Shown here piece after piece: positions 13,901-24,780 of a stretch of 64,000 bases of DNA. Location: NCBI GenBank assembly GCA_037447605.1, contig CM074806.1, forward strand, positions 992,001-1,056,000, written 5' to 3'. This stretch comes from Zygnema circumcarinatum SAG 698-1b. Taxonomy: Eukaryota > Plantae > Zygnematophyceae. How positions within the stretch are numbered: position 1 is the stretch's first letter; every line of letters starts with the position of its first letter. The notes under the pieces were generated by a model. That model saw only the letters and a list, made by a program, of their open reading frames with translations, searched no databases and was not told the DNA's origin. The translations under genes were made by a program, and so were the position numbers.

Positions 13901-16900
13901 CGATGCACTGCGACAGCATGAAGCCACTGATGACGAGGTGAATTATCTTGCACTTTCCAACTCACAATGTCAAAAAGTGGAAATAATGCGATTGCAGTGA
14001 GTAGATCCAATTGAAAGACAAAACAGTGTAATTCTTATGGAAGCAAGGCTTGTCCTCGTGATTGACAGCAGTGCCATAAACATACGCTTTCTGAACAGAA
14101 GCGGAATTTTAGTGGTGATTGAGTAAGCATGTGCGTGACTAAGCTGCTATGGGTTATTCAGGAGTAATTCTAAGCATCCAAGATTTTTTTTTTGGCAGAC
14201 CACGTTTGTTTTGAGTTAGAAAGGAGCATTTTACATGATCACCACCTTAATTGCACGCATGAATACAAGTCTGATAGTTATGGGCTGTCGGGTGGATGGA
14301 TGAAGGTGGTGGCATTGTGCGGAGATCTTCGTGTGCTCGGCAAACGCGAATTCAAACACCTTCTTAAGTGAGCTTTCGTCCTCCATTTTTCTTGCATCTT
14401 CTAACCTACCTGGCCACCTTGACGCCATTATAGGGGGACGCTATACGTGGAATCTGTTATCTTGGCATTGCCAATTATGACAACAAAGGCTTCGACATGA
14501 CGCAGGGTGCTTCAAAAACTTAAACGGCTGAAAGTATTTTTGTCTGCCTTTGCGAAACAGGTGGCGCATGCAGCTGCGTAAAGCTTTTTCAGAGTTGGCA
14601 GGAGAAAAGACTCGTCTTGAGCTTGAGGAGAAAGGCAAAATAGAAAAGGGAGACGATGAGGACGAGGACAAGGATGAGGAGGCTGTCTTGTTGGATGAGA
14701 TGCAGGAGCTCCGCGACATAATGGATGCTAAACGCCTTCGCATGAAGAAGGCTCTGAATAAGCGTCGGGAAAAGGTGTGTTCCGCAAGCCGTTGTGAATC
14801 TAATGGGAGTAAACAGACCGATTGTCTGTGTTGCAGGTCTTGTGGATGGCACTTTGCTGATTATGTTCTCTCTGCAGCCTATCTGCACATCCTTTGTTTT
14901 CCTATTGTAAAGGATCCTGATAAGTTATTCTCAACGGAGGGTAGCGATGCTTTCATTCACAGAAGGGTTTTCTAGCATTAGCACTAGAGGTAGGAGGAGT
15001 CCACATGCTAAGAAACCTTTTTCAGTAAGAGATGTTGAACACGATGCGTCATGTGTAGGACCAATCCATGACTTACAGCAGGAAGTAGAACATTGAATAA
15101 CAATTTCTAACTCTGATGATTGTCGGGTCTACCATAGTACTCTTAAGTTTGATTCTCTGAGCTTTGGATCCCATTGCCTCCAATGTTGACAAGTACTCTC
15201 CTGCAATCAACAATTTGCTCTTGCTGCTCTTCCTTTTGAAACTCATTTCTTCTTTCTTCTTTCTGCTTTGATGCAGGCTCGTGCACGGGCTTCTACAGGC
15301 ATGCAAAAAGATGCCTTGGATGATATATATGGGGATGATGACCTCTTNNNNNNNNNNGGTTGGTTTTTTTTTTTTTATGAAACTGATGTGAGAGGAGAGG
15401 CTTGTGTCTTCATGCAGAGCACAAAGGCATTGCAACGCGTGACAGCGGATGCTGATGATGACGAAGTGGAAGGCAGTGAGGACAGTGATGATATGATGGA
15501 GCCGGACGAGCCGGAGGATGATGAGGATGACGATGATGACTTGGAGGTTGATACAAGACGCAGAAAGTAAGTCTGAGAACAGCCCGTTCAAAGCTGATAA
15601 TCATGGCAATAGGTTATTAGACCAGATTGTAAGTCTGCATGCAGCTCTACAGCAGCCCTCTTTTTCCTGTAGCATTGTGGCTATTGATTACATGTTTAAT
15701 ATTGTGGGGAACGCGAAGTGCTCTTTGGATATTGGCTTGACCGGTGGCAACCTGTTGTTACAGGTATGAAAGAGAGCTGGAGGAGTATTTTGACAAGGCT
15801 TATGAAGAGTATCAAAGCACAACCAAAGCCAGTAGTCGGCGGAAAGCCCGAGCACGTCTCCAATCAGCTGAAGATTCAGAGCTGTGGGAGAAAACAGAGG
15901 GGGCAGCTGCCGAAGTGGAAGGAAAGACTGTTCTTGATGTGGAAGAGGATGACGGTAACCCTCTACTGGTTTCCCTGTCGAAAAAAGCTAACCCAGAACA
16001 AGCCAAGAAACGGGCAGCTGCTCAGTGGTTCAGTCAAGATGTTTTCCGTGATTTTGAGGAACTTGGAGGTGATGAGAGTGCCAGGACAAAAAAAGCGGCA
16101 GAAGTGAGGAAGCAAAAGTCTTTCAAGGGGAGGGACATGGACAGAGCAGATGACTTGTCTGATGAGAATGATGAGGATGATGAGGATGAAGGTGGAGTAA
16201 ATGGGAGATTGACAAAGAAGCGGAGAACAGGAAAAGCGGACGAGGTGAATGAAGAAAAGGAAGATGGTGTGCCTAGCGGGAGGGGTGGTGAGGCAGCAGG
16301 TGTTAGTCATCCAGTGGGGAAAGATGATGATGATTTTGTTGTGGTTCCTGAGGAAGGTGAGCGAGATAGTGAAAGCAGTGATTTAACGTCAGGGGATGAA
16401 GATTACAACAGCGACAGCCGAGCTCAAACTATTGCGTTTGCTCAGAGAATGCTGAGAAAAAAGCAGAGAGAGGAAATTATTGATGACGCCTACAACCGCT
16501 ACATGTTTGACGACGTGGGCATGCCGCAATGGTTTGTTGATGATGAAAGGAAACACATGCAGGCACAGAAACCCATCACAAAGGAAGAAGTGGAGGCCAT
16601 TAAGGCACATAATCGCTCCATAGACGCTCGACCCGTGAAGAAGGTGATGGATGGCTCTATTTCAACTTGGAGCTCGTTCCTGTTTTCAGTGGCGAATTTG
16701 ACATGTCCATGCTACATAGACACGATGAGTGTGTCGTGGTTCAACCCGATTTTCAGTCCTTATGCCATGTGAGAGAAAGCAAGCTGGAGGGAACTGATTA
16801 ACACTCGCATTCTGGCAGAATGAGGGACTCTGCATTCTGTTTGTTGTCCCACCGTGAATGTTGAACTGTTCTGACTTCACACTTGATATCATGATTTTGG

Positions 16901-17294
16901 GCTGCTGCAGGTGGCGGAGGCAAAGGCACGTAAGCAGCGAGTTGCAATGAAGAAGATGGAGGCGGTCCGCCAAAAAGCAACAGCAATTGCAGACCAGCCA
17001 GATCTGAACTCACGGGCTAAGAATAAACTCATGGAGCGCCTCTACAAGAATGCAGCAGCTTCCAAGAAGAAGGATGGGAAGATTGAAGTTGTAGTGGCTA
17101 AGAAGGGCGCACATGGTAACCGTGGAAAGGCAACAAAGGGTAAACTCATGGTCGACCGAAGGATGAAAGCCGATACTCGAGGAATGAAGAAGGCGGAAGG
17201 AAAGAAGGGGAAAGGGAAGGGGGGGAGAGTGGCTAAGGGAGCAAAGGGGCAGAAGGGGGGCAAGGGGCCTAAAGCTAACAAGGCCAAAAGATGA
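10977..17294 (+). CDS. SPB1: AdoMet-dependent rRNA methyltransferase Spb1/FTSJ3, multi-exon, with a 10-N gap at 15348-15357
   Basis: [32 protein letters not shown]...[13 protein letters not shown]|[48 protein letters not shown]|[19 protein letters not shown]|WRMQLRKA, acidic middle region, [26 protein letters not shown]|VAEAKARK and a Lys-rich C-terminus. Confidence 0.96.
15348..15357. other. Assembly gap (10 N) at a SPB1 exon/intron boundary
   Basis: Run of N in the sequence; the true length is unknown. Confidence 0.99.
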
Positions 17295-17930
17295 TAGCTT
17301 TGATTTTTTCAACCACGGACGATCATTGTTTTCTTTCGTTGTGTTCTTGTACGAGGCGAGCTCTCTTCCCCCGTGAAGGGGGGGAATGGATCCAAATGGG
17401 GGTAGGAGCCCTACAGTGAACGTATATTTACAACAAATCAGAGGAATGCGATTGTGGAAAGAAGACTTATTTTCTGTTCTTGAGATTTGTTTGTATGTTC
17501 ATCAGAAAGAACCCACACACTGTGGAGGACCATTTTCAAGGACCTTCACATTGAAGACCTTCATATCGCGTCACTCCGTTGGCAATGCACTCTTTAGAAT
17601 GGGGTCAAGTTCAACAAAATTGTGGCATATGCAATATTCTCAAGCAATAGAGTGCCGTAAGATGTTTGATTTTCGAGATAACAGTGCTAATATATAGTTC
17701 TCCCACCTTTGACCAAAGCGCTACAATTTAGACAGTCAAAAAAAGTAACAGCCTAGTTGAAACGCTGCAAACTTGATTCTTAAATGCAAAGTGGGACCAT
17801 CTCATCTAGCAGTGGCTTACAGTTGCCTCTAAAAATTCTCCAAGATCATAAACATAAATTTTAACACCTTAGTCAGTTTTAAAATGAAAGGCCAAAAGCT
17901 GGCCTTTCGAATCCTGAGATCCACCCTTTG

Positions 17931-19268
17931 TCACCTGACATCGACATACATTCGCTTGTAGAGGCCGTGAAGGGTCTCCGGTGAGGCACCAAAGGCATAA
18001 CTTAGCCCAATAACAAAGTGAATGTAGGTCGATCGCAAAGGCCCCCACTTTATAAGGCGGCGAGCACTCGTTTCGACTACTCTATTCACCATTCGAACGC
18101 GGCCTCTTCTCTTCCCCCGAGGCCACCCTGCAGTCCCTGCCAAATGCATTCGACGGCAAAGGTCTGCATCCTCCATGATGGGCAAGGCTTCATCGAAGCC
18201 TCCGACAGCTTGAAAGTCGGTCGATCGACAGAACATCACCTGGTCTCCAAAAAGAGCGCGCAGACCTCTGGAAAAACCGACAGGACTGTAGACCAGTGGG
18301 GAGTACCATGTCTTGATCACATTGTGCAGGGACATGCCCCACAGAATGCGGCCAGGGACTGCTGCAATGGGCACGAAGCCCCCGAGTACAGTGGTGGAGT
18401 CAGAGAGAGTTTGCCGCACAATAGATACGAGGTCCAAAGGCACCTTTGTGTCTGCGTGCACAAAGCAGAGGATGCTCTCCTTGCCCATCGTCTTCTGTTT
18501 CGCTACTGCAGCGCCACTATTCAGTTGAATGGCGCGGCCTCGCCGACTCTTCACTACAGTCACACCGTTCTCCTCTGCAATGGCGACCGTTCGATCACTG
18601 CTGCCTCCGTCCACCACAATGATATGTGCTGCGGGAGGGCTCAGACGCATTACCCATTTGATGGTTGCATCGATGCAAATCTCTTCGTTAATCGCAGGGA
18701 TGATGACACTTACTTCCAATTCTTCACCCACCTTAGAACGCTTCTCTTCTTCATCCCCCCACGACACGCCTTCTGCTGATGTAGAGTGCCCATGCCCCCC
18801 ATCATCCCTCCCGCCCCCCCCATTCCCTCCTGTCTTATCCCCTCCTCCCCCTCCGGACAACTGCTTCGCCATTGATTTCGATTCAATTTCTTCCCCAAAT
18901 CCGGCCGCAGAGGCTTCCAAAAAAGTTCGTAAGCCGTTGAGTATCAGCACACCCACAAAGCCTGATACTATCCCTACACCCACAGCCGCTCCTTTCATTG
19001 AATATCGGACCCAACGATTAGGGGAGCTTTCTTGGAGAGTAGCCGCGCTGTGAAAATGGACCCCATCTGGAGCACTCTGAATTCTGCTACGAGCGAGAAT
19101 CCTGCTTGTCTGCCCTCTTCGGCCATAGCCATCAAAGCGTATGCTGGCTGGACAACGTCCAGCCTGAGATTTGATTACTACAGAGTTGGTACAGTTTATA
19201 AGTTCGCAGGCTGCTGAGATAAGGGGTTGGGGCGCCCCGGTTACACACACCATTGATGCAGTAGCCAT
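17931..19268 (-). CDS. Intronless family-2 glycosyltransferase, TIGR04283-like (rSAM/arsenosugar-associated type), with an N-terminal transit-peptide-like extension
   Basis: Single 445-aa ORF. GT-A motifs VSVIIPAINEE, IIVVDGGSSDRT, GRAIQLNSGA, FVHADT, FGDQVMF..F..VGGF..LPIMED, TSARR..WG, Y.FG.SPE.L..LY. The first ~180 aa are Ser/Arg-rich, then a hydrophobic segment and a Gly-rich linker. Confidence 0.85.
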   Translation of the reverse strand: MATASMVCVTGAPQPLISAACELINCTNSVVIKSQAGRCPASIRFDGYGRRGQTSRILARSRIQSAPDGVHFHSAATLQESSPNRWVRYSMKGAAVGVGIVSGFVGVLILNGLRTFLEASAAGFGEEIESKSMAKQLSGGGGGDKTGGNGGGGRDDGGHGHSTSAEGVSWGDEEEKRSKVGEELEVSVIIPAINEEICIDATIKWVMRLSPPAAHIIVVDGGSSDRTVAIAEENGVTVVKSRRGRAIQLNSGAAVAKQKTMGKESILCFVHADTKVPLDLVSIVRQTLSDSTTVLGGFVPIAAVPGRILWGMSLHNVIKTWYSPLVYSPVGFSRGLRALFGDQVMFCRSTDFQAVGGFDEALPIMEDADLCRRMHLAGTAGWPRGKRRGRVRMVNRVVETSARRLIKWGPLRSTYIHFVIGLSYAFGASPETLHGLYKRMYVDVR

Positions 19269-20211
19269 AGGAGCGGGACAGGTTAAGAAAAATAATACCA
19301 GCTATAAATGACCTGCACAAGTCGATCAAACAGTACACTTTTTCAAACCAATGCTGGATAGAATGACGAACCACTTTTCAACTCTAACCAGAATCCTCAC
19401 TTCAAAAAACCTCTTGACTTAGCTTGATACGTTGAATGGTTCGGATTAAAATACAGTCAGGCTAATTTTAAATTTAGTAAGATATTGTCATATCCGTCAT
19501 GGACTGTCAAAACGGGAGGACGGCGGTCAAACGAATTCAGAACATTGCATCTGAGCGGTTCGTTTTTCTCCGCAAGTTTCATTTACTCATGAGGCCTAAA
19601 ATAATCAATGTTACGCACAAGCACATGCCCCTCATCTTCAAATGAAAATTTCCTTACAGAAGGACATTAAAAATCGCAGTGCAGGCTCAGAAAAGCCTAC
19701 ACTTTTCTAATCAGATCAATCCAGATTTTTTCACTAAGATGCCCTGAACTCCCTTGTGAAGTCACCAAATCACCAGCCGTTCCAGCAACGCCCACATGAT
19801 GCCGTCAAAAGAATCCACCAGCAGGGTTACGGAACCCTAGGTTTTTTTCCTAAAAAATCACCCCTTTCCTGCTGCATGCCGTTCACCGCCTTTCTTCTCC
19901 TAGCGAGTTTCAGCCATGGCGTGAACACTAGTTGACGGAGAACAGAGAACCCCTCTAGTTAGATTCAAATGGCTGCTCTAAGTTGAAGCCCCTGTAAGCG
20001 AGTAGACTCTGCATGAGAGTCGGAATCAGACCCTATTCGCTTAGAGGGGCAGTAAAAGTACGTATCCACGTACTCGTCTTGTGAAGGCCAAGCCAGAATC
20101 GCCCGCCTTTGCTGGAGGGCACCTTCTCCTCCGCCCCCCCCTTTTGGAGGACCTCGGCAGAGGGCTCTCGTCTTCGCCACGGCTCGCGCTGCAAGGACAG
20201 CTCTGGGAGCC

Positions 20212-23200
20212 ATGCTTCGCCTGCCATGGCCGATATCGACCTTAGCTCCCCCTTTCACCTCTGCCCCCCCTTCCCTCTTCCCTCCCGCCTGTGCCGCCCT
20301 CTCCCTCTCCGACTCCCTCCACGTCTCTTCTGCTCCCTCTTTCCTCCCCTTCACTTCCCACTTACCCTATTCTCCCTCTCTTTCACATCCTTCCTTCTCC
20401 AACCGCCTCTCGGCTGCCTTGTGTTCCCCAAGCGCCGCCGTTTTCTCCACTTCCCCTGCAGAGGCTCCCTCTGAAAGCAGTGGCAGGGAAGCTGTTACAA
20501 GCCCTAATGGCGACTGCGACACTGCAGGATATCGTCAATGGATGCCAGGTGGCGGCTCAGTGCATTATACAGCGATGGTGCATCAGTCAGTGCGAGTGGA
20601 AAGAGGCGCCGTGGTGCAGGAGGGAGCATCCATTGGAGCAGGATCATGCATTGGTGCCGGCTCTATGATTGGCGCAGGGGTGACTTTAGGGAGTGACTGC
20701 ACTCTCGGGTATGGATTCAAGAGTCTCTTGGTATTGTCAAACTATTCTTAGGTTGCAGAATCTGCAACGCTTGTATCATTCGGCTGCTGCATTTGAGTTT
20801 TTCTGTGAAGAGAACGAAGTCAATGTCGCTTGTTAAGAGTTTGAATTGGAGGCTGCTGTGCATGAATGGTGGCATCAGTTTCAATGTGTCGCTACAGCAC
20901 TGCAAAGTGGGGGATCGCTGCACACTGCACAACGGCGTCTCCGTGGGACAAGATGGTGCAACATATCTCCTTACCTCCTGAAGCCTCCTTGGCTTCAGTA
21001 TCCAGATTCATACGTTCCATTTTTCAATAGGATTATATATCGAAGAAGAAGAAGACTCTCTGGCCATTTGGTTTGCAGAATTTGTTGGCAAAGTATCTGC
21101 TGCTGAGTCTCTTGCAAAGAAGCTCTTCGATTTTAAACGGGGATTTGAGGGATTCGTGCAGAAATCAGGGCAGTTATTTTCGTCAATTTGCGTCCAACCT
21201 TTGGCCACCTGTGCTTGAATGTCTTGTGTTGATTTGCAGGCTTTGGCTTTTTCATCACAGACAAAGGGGAGATGCAAAAGAAGCCACAGGCAGGCTCTGC
21301 AGTTTGCCCTTTCCTTCAGCGTACTGGAAGTAATATTTATTAATAGTTTGGACTTCTCCACTGTTCGGGACACACACGCATTCAAACTGTGTATGCGCTT
21401 ATAAAAAGTGTGTAACTTTGATTATGAAAATGGCAACACTCTCAGCGCACTTCGGATTTTCCCCTGATCCTCTCTCACCCTTCATTCTCGCTCTTCTATC
21501 TCTCTTGCTCGTGGCCATGTTTGTTGCGCTTTTAGACTTTGGGTGTTCACATTGGGAATGATGTGGAAATCGGTGCAAACAGCTGTATTGATCGTGGCAG
21601 GTACGTTTCTCCGCTCCACTATTTTCAAGGTCTGAGAATCTGCTGTACGGGTTTTGGAAAATATGGCCAATACTTGCTACAAGACTGAAAAGCTCGCATT
21701 GTTCATATACTACCAATAAGCATTCTGGGAATTTTATAAGTGCAAGATTGTTGAGCGAAAACTAGTGAGAAGATTTGGCTCCTGCTTTTTTTATGTACGT
21801 GTGCGGTCTAAACTAAGTCCAGCAAGGTAAGTCTATTTGGAAATCTATGGTTATGTTTGAATAACAAGTTACTATCGTCTGCTCGAAACCATTTATCGCT
21901 AAGAATACAGAAAAGAGGGGACAGAAATATTTGTAGTCAAAAACTGCAGGTGGTCTTTGAGGAAAAGGTTCTTTCTTCAAAGGCGAGAACTTGTATGTTG
22001 AAACTTGGATTCGCATGGAACTTTTTTAACCATTGTTGTATGGCAGTTTTGTTTCATACTTTCGTTCCTGTTTGGTGTAGAACATGAGTGGCCCTTTTGA
22101 TATATTGGTGTGGTAATGCAGCTGGCGGGACACAACAGTTGGAGATAACACCAAGCTGGATAACCTTGTTCAGGTATATCCTCTACCTTCACCTTGGCCT
22201 TGCCTGCCCTATATGCCTTGTATCCCTTTACCTTTACATCCCTATCTTTCCTCTCTCTTCCCCTTCCCCAATTCTCCTCCGGATACTCTGCCATTCCTAC
22301 TCGTTGGCTTTCCCTTGCTTTCAACTGGCCATCAGCTTGCATCCTTGCATCCGCTGTGTTTTTTCCTGAATGTTTGTTTCAGTAAGATATTGACGATGGA
22401 ATTCGTGAGTTGTTATTTTTAAGCATTTCTACTATGCAATCTGTCGTGGTATGTGACTTATTAGACTACTGGAACATAAAACTGACTTATCGATATCGTA
22501 TTTGCTTCTGAATTCTCTTTCTTTACCCTCAGCCTAACAGCTTTTGCTGCCCCTTCTACTCCTTTCCTCAGTCTCTGGACTTATCTCATCTGTTGTGTTC
22601 CTCTGTCTCTTTGTCTCGCCCATTTCTTCGCTCACCTTTCTCCCCTTTCTGCTTGCTGAGTTGAGCGGGATGCGTTATGTGGGAAATCCGCAGATCGGGC
22701 ACAACGTTGTGATTGGACGATGCTGCATGCTGTGCGGACAGGTCGGAGTTGCAGGCTCTGCCACGTGAGACACCCTGGTTGGCCTCCTGCTGCAACCTAC
22801 CGTCTGTCCCTCTGTCTCCATCTCTCCCCCCCTCTCTCACTCTCTATCGCCTTTATTCTCCGCCCAATCTCTATCTCAAGCACACACACAAGCACACAGA
22901 GTCAAACACGTGCATAGGTTACAGTTTTTTTGAGTAGTGTGCACACTTTACGAGCAGATGAGTAGTCACTTCTGCTGTGTGTCCTGTGTCTATGTATCCT
23001 GACCTCGTTGCTATGCAGTCTCTCTCTCCTCTGGTAGAGTTAACGGTGGCAATCAGACTGTCTGCATGTTGATGAATGAAAGACTGTTTTTTTGTGGTAT
23101 GGAGGATGGTGCAGGTTGGGTGACTATGTAGTACTTGCAGGACAGGTTGGAGTCGCCGATCACGTTTCAATTGTTTCAAAGGTACAGTCAGATTTACCTA

Positions 23201-23786
23201 TCGGTGCTTAATGTGGGCAATGATTCCCTAGTCTCCCTCTCTCCCTCGCCTCTTCCTCGCCCTTAGCCTATCACCCTCTCTCCTTCCCTCTCGTCCACTT
23301 TTTTTCGCTGTCTTCCTTCCCATAGTTTTACAATTGCGTGAAGTTTTTGCATGTCCAGGTCCGTGTCGCTGCAAAGAGTGGAGTCATAAGCAACATCATC
23401 ACACCTGGCGATTACGCAGGCTTTCCTTCGGTGAGTTGCAGCCCCTCCATTGTGTTGGGTATCTGGTAGAGATTTCCTGCAGTCTGGACACAAACTTCAA
23501 TGTAGCCTCCCTTGATTGGTAGCTGAAAGTGCTGTCTTTCTGATTATGCCTCCTTTCCTGAGTACTCTGGAAGGGAGTACCTTGTGGTTGGCTCTTTACT
23601 TGCTTTGATCTTTGCACCTTCACTGCTGAAGTCAGTGTTTGTTCAGGATGCTCTCTTGGAATGCTGATGCCTTTCCTTTGCTGTGGACAGGTGGCAGCGA
23701 GTGAGTGGCGGAGAGCGGTTGTGCTCCAGCGGAGGTTGGGGCGGTCTGCGAGCCATTCCTCGGATGAGCCCCATGAGGGGGCGTAG
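20212..23786 (+). CDS. LpxD: UDP-3-O-acylglucosamine N-acyltransferase (lipid A pathway, hexapeptide repeats), probably mitochondrial; start codon uncertain
   Basis: Exons read IGAGSCIGAGSMIGAGVTLGSDCTLG|FNVSLQHCKVGDRCTLHNGVSVGQDG|FGFFITDKGEMQKKPQ|TLGVHIGNDVEIGANSCIDRGS|WRDTTVGDNTKLDNLVQ|IGHNVVIGRCCMLCGQVGVAGSA|..LGDYVVLAGQVGVADH|VRVAAKSGV...GFP. Stop TAG at 23784-23786. Confidence 0.93.
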
Positions 23787-24780
23787 GCGGAGCAGCCACG
23801 GCATGGCGCTTGGGGCAGGGATGGCTCCTTGCCAATTGCAGACGGAGACAAATGCAGTCAATTGGATCATATTTACTTAAAAGTGGGCAAACAACGAGTC
23901 ACGTTTCAACTTTTTTTTATTGGTTGTAAACCTTGCTGACGCTTTCTTATGGCTTCATTCTCATGGGCGTCAAGGGCTGAAAGCCGGAGTGACTTATGAA
24001 CGGCCATCAGAAATCGATGAAAATGGGGTGAACACCCCGTGTACGGCTTCATCGAGGCTACCTCATGGGGCTACCCAATGATCCCACGAAAGGATTAGAA
24101 TCTTCGTACAATCCGACATAAGCATTTCGCATTTCGCATTTCGCAAGGATCTGCAGTCAACCATGACATTGAAGATTGAAGAACTTCACACAAGCCTACA
24201 GCTTTGGTTTTCAAACGAGGAAATTTAAATCAACTGATGATTTTAAAACATTGTAAGTGTATCCAAAGAAAACACTATATTCAGCTCCGTTATTTTCCAG
24301 CGTATTCATTACATTGAGACATGAAACGTTCAATTTGGCAGGTTCGATCTATGCACCTAAGCATCGACCTTCCCCGAAAGTGCTTGGCAATCTCGAGAGG
24401 TGACTCGTTATATCTGACCAATCCCGTCATGTGACATCACAGTCAGTGCCAATGTCCTTAGTACATGTGTCATTCATAGAGAGTGCAAAGAAAACAGCCT
24501 CTCGCAAGAAGCTTCATTCGATGCTTCCTTTCCTTTTACTTTCCTCTAAACAAATGGCTCAGCTCCAATGTACACATCCTCAGGGTGCAGAAGCAGCTCC
24601 TTCGTGGTCCAGCAGCAGAGGCTAGGTATGAGCAACCCTACAGTACACACTGCCAATCCCTTTAACACGCCCAGGCAATACTGTCACTGATTCGAGGTAC
24701 CCTCAGGAGGGAGAGTAACTCCACCGCCACCACTAACCCTAGGGTAACCCTTAAGGTCTGGGAAACGCTGGGAGCAGCTC

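Noticed and set aside
13770-14000. Stand-alone ORF or C-box-like ATGATGA inside an apparently long SPB1 intron
   Set aside because: It is an internal SPB1 exon (G|[12 protein letters not shown]...EATDDE) joined in phase to its neighbours.
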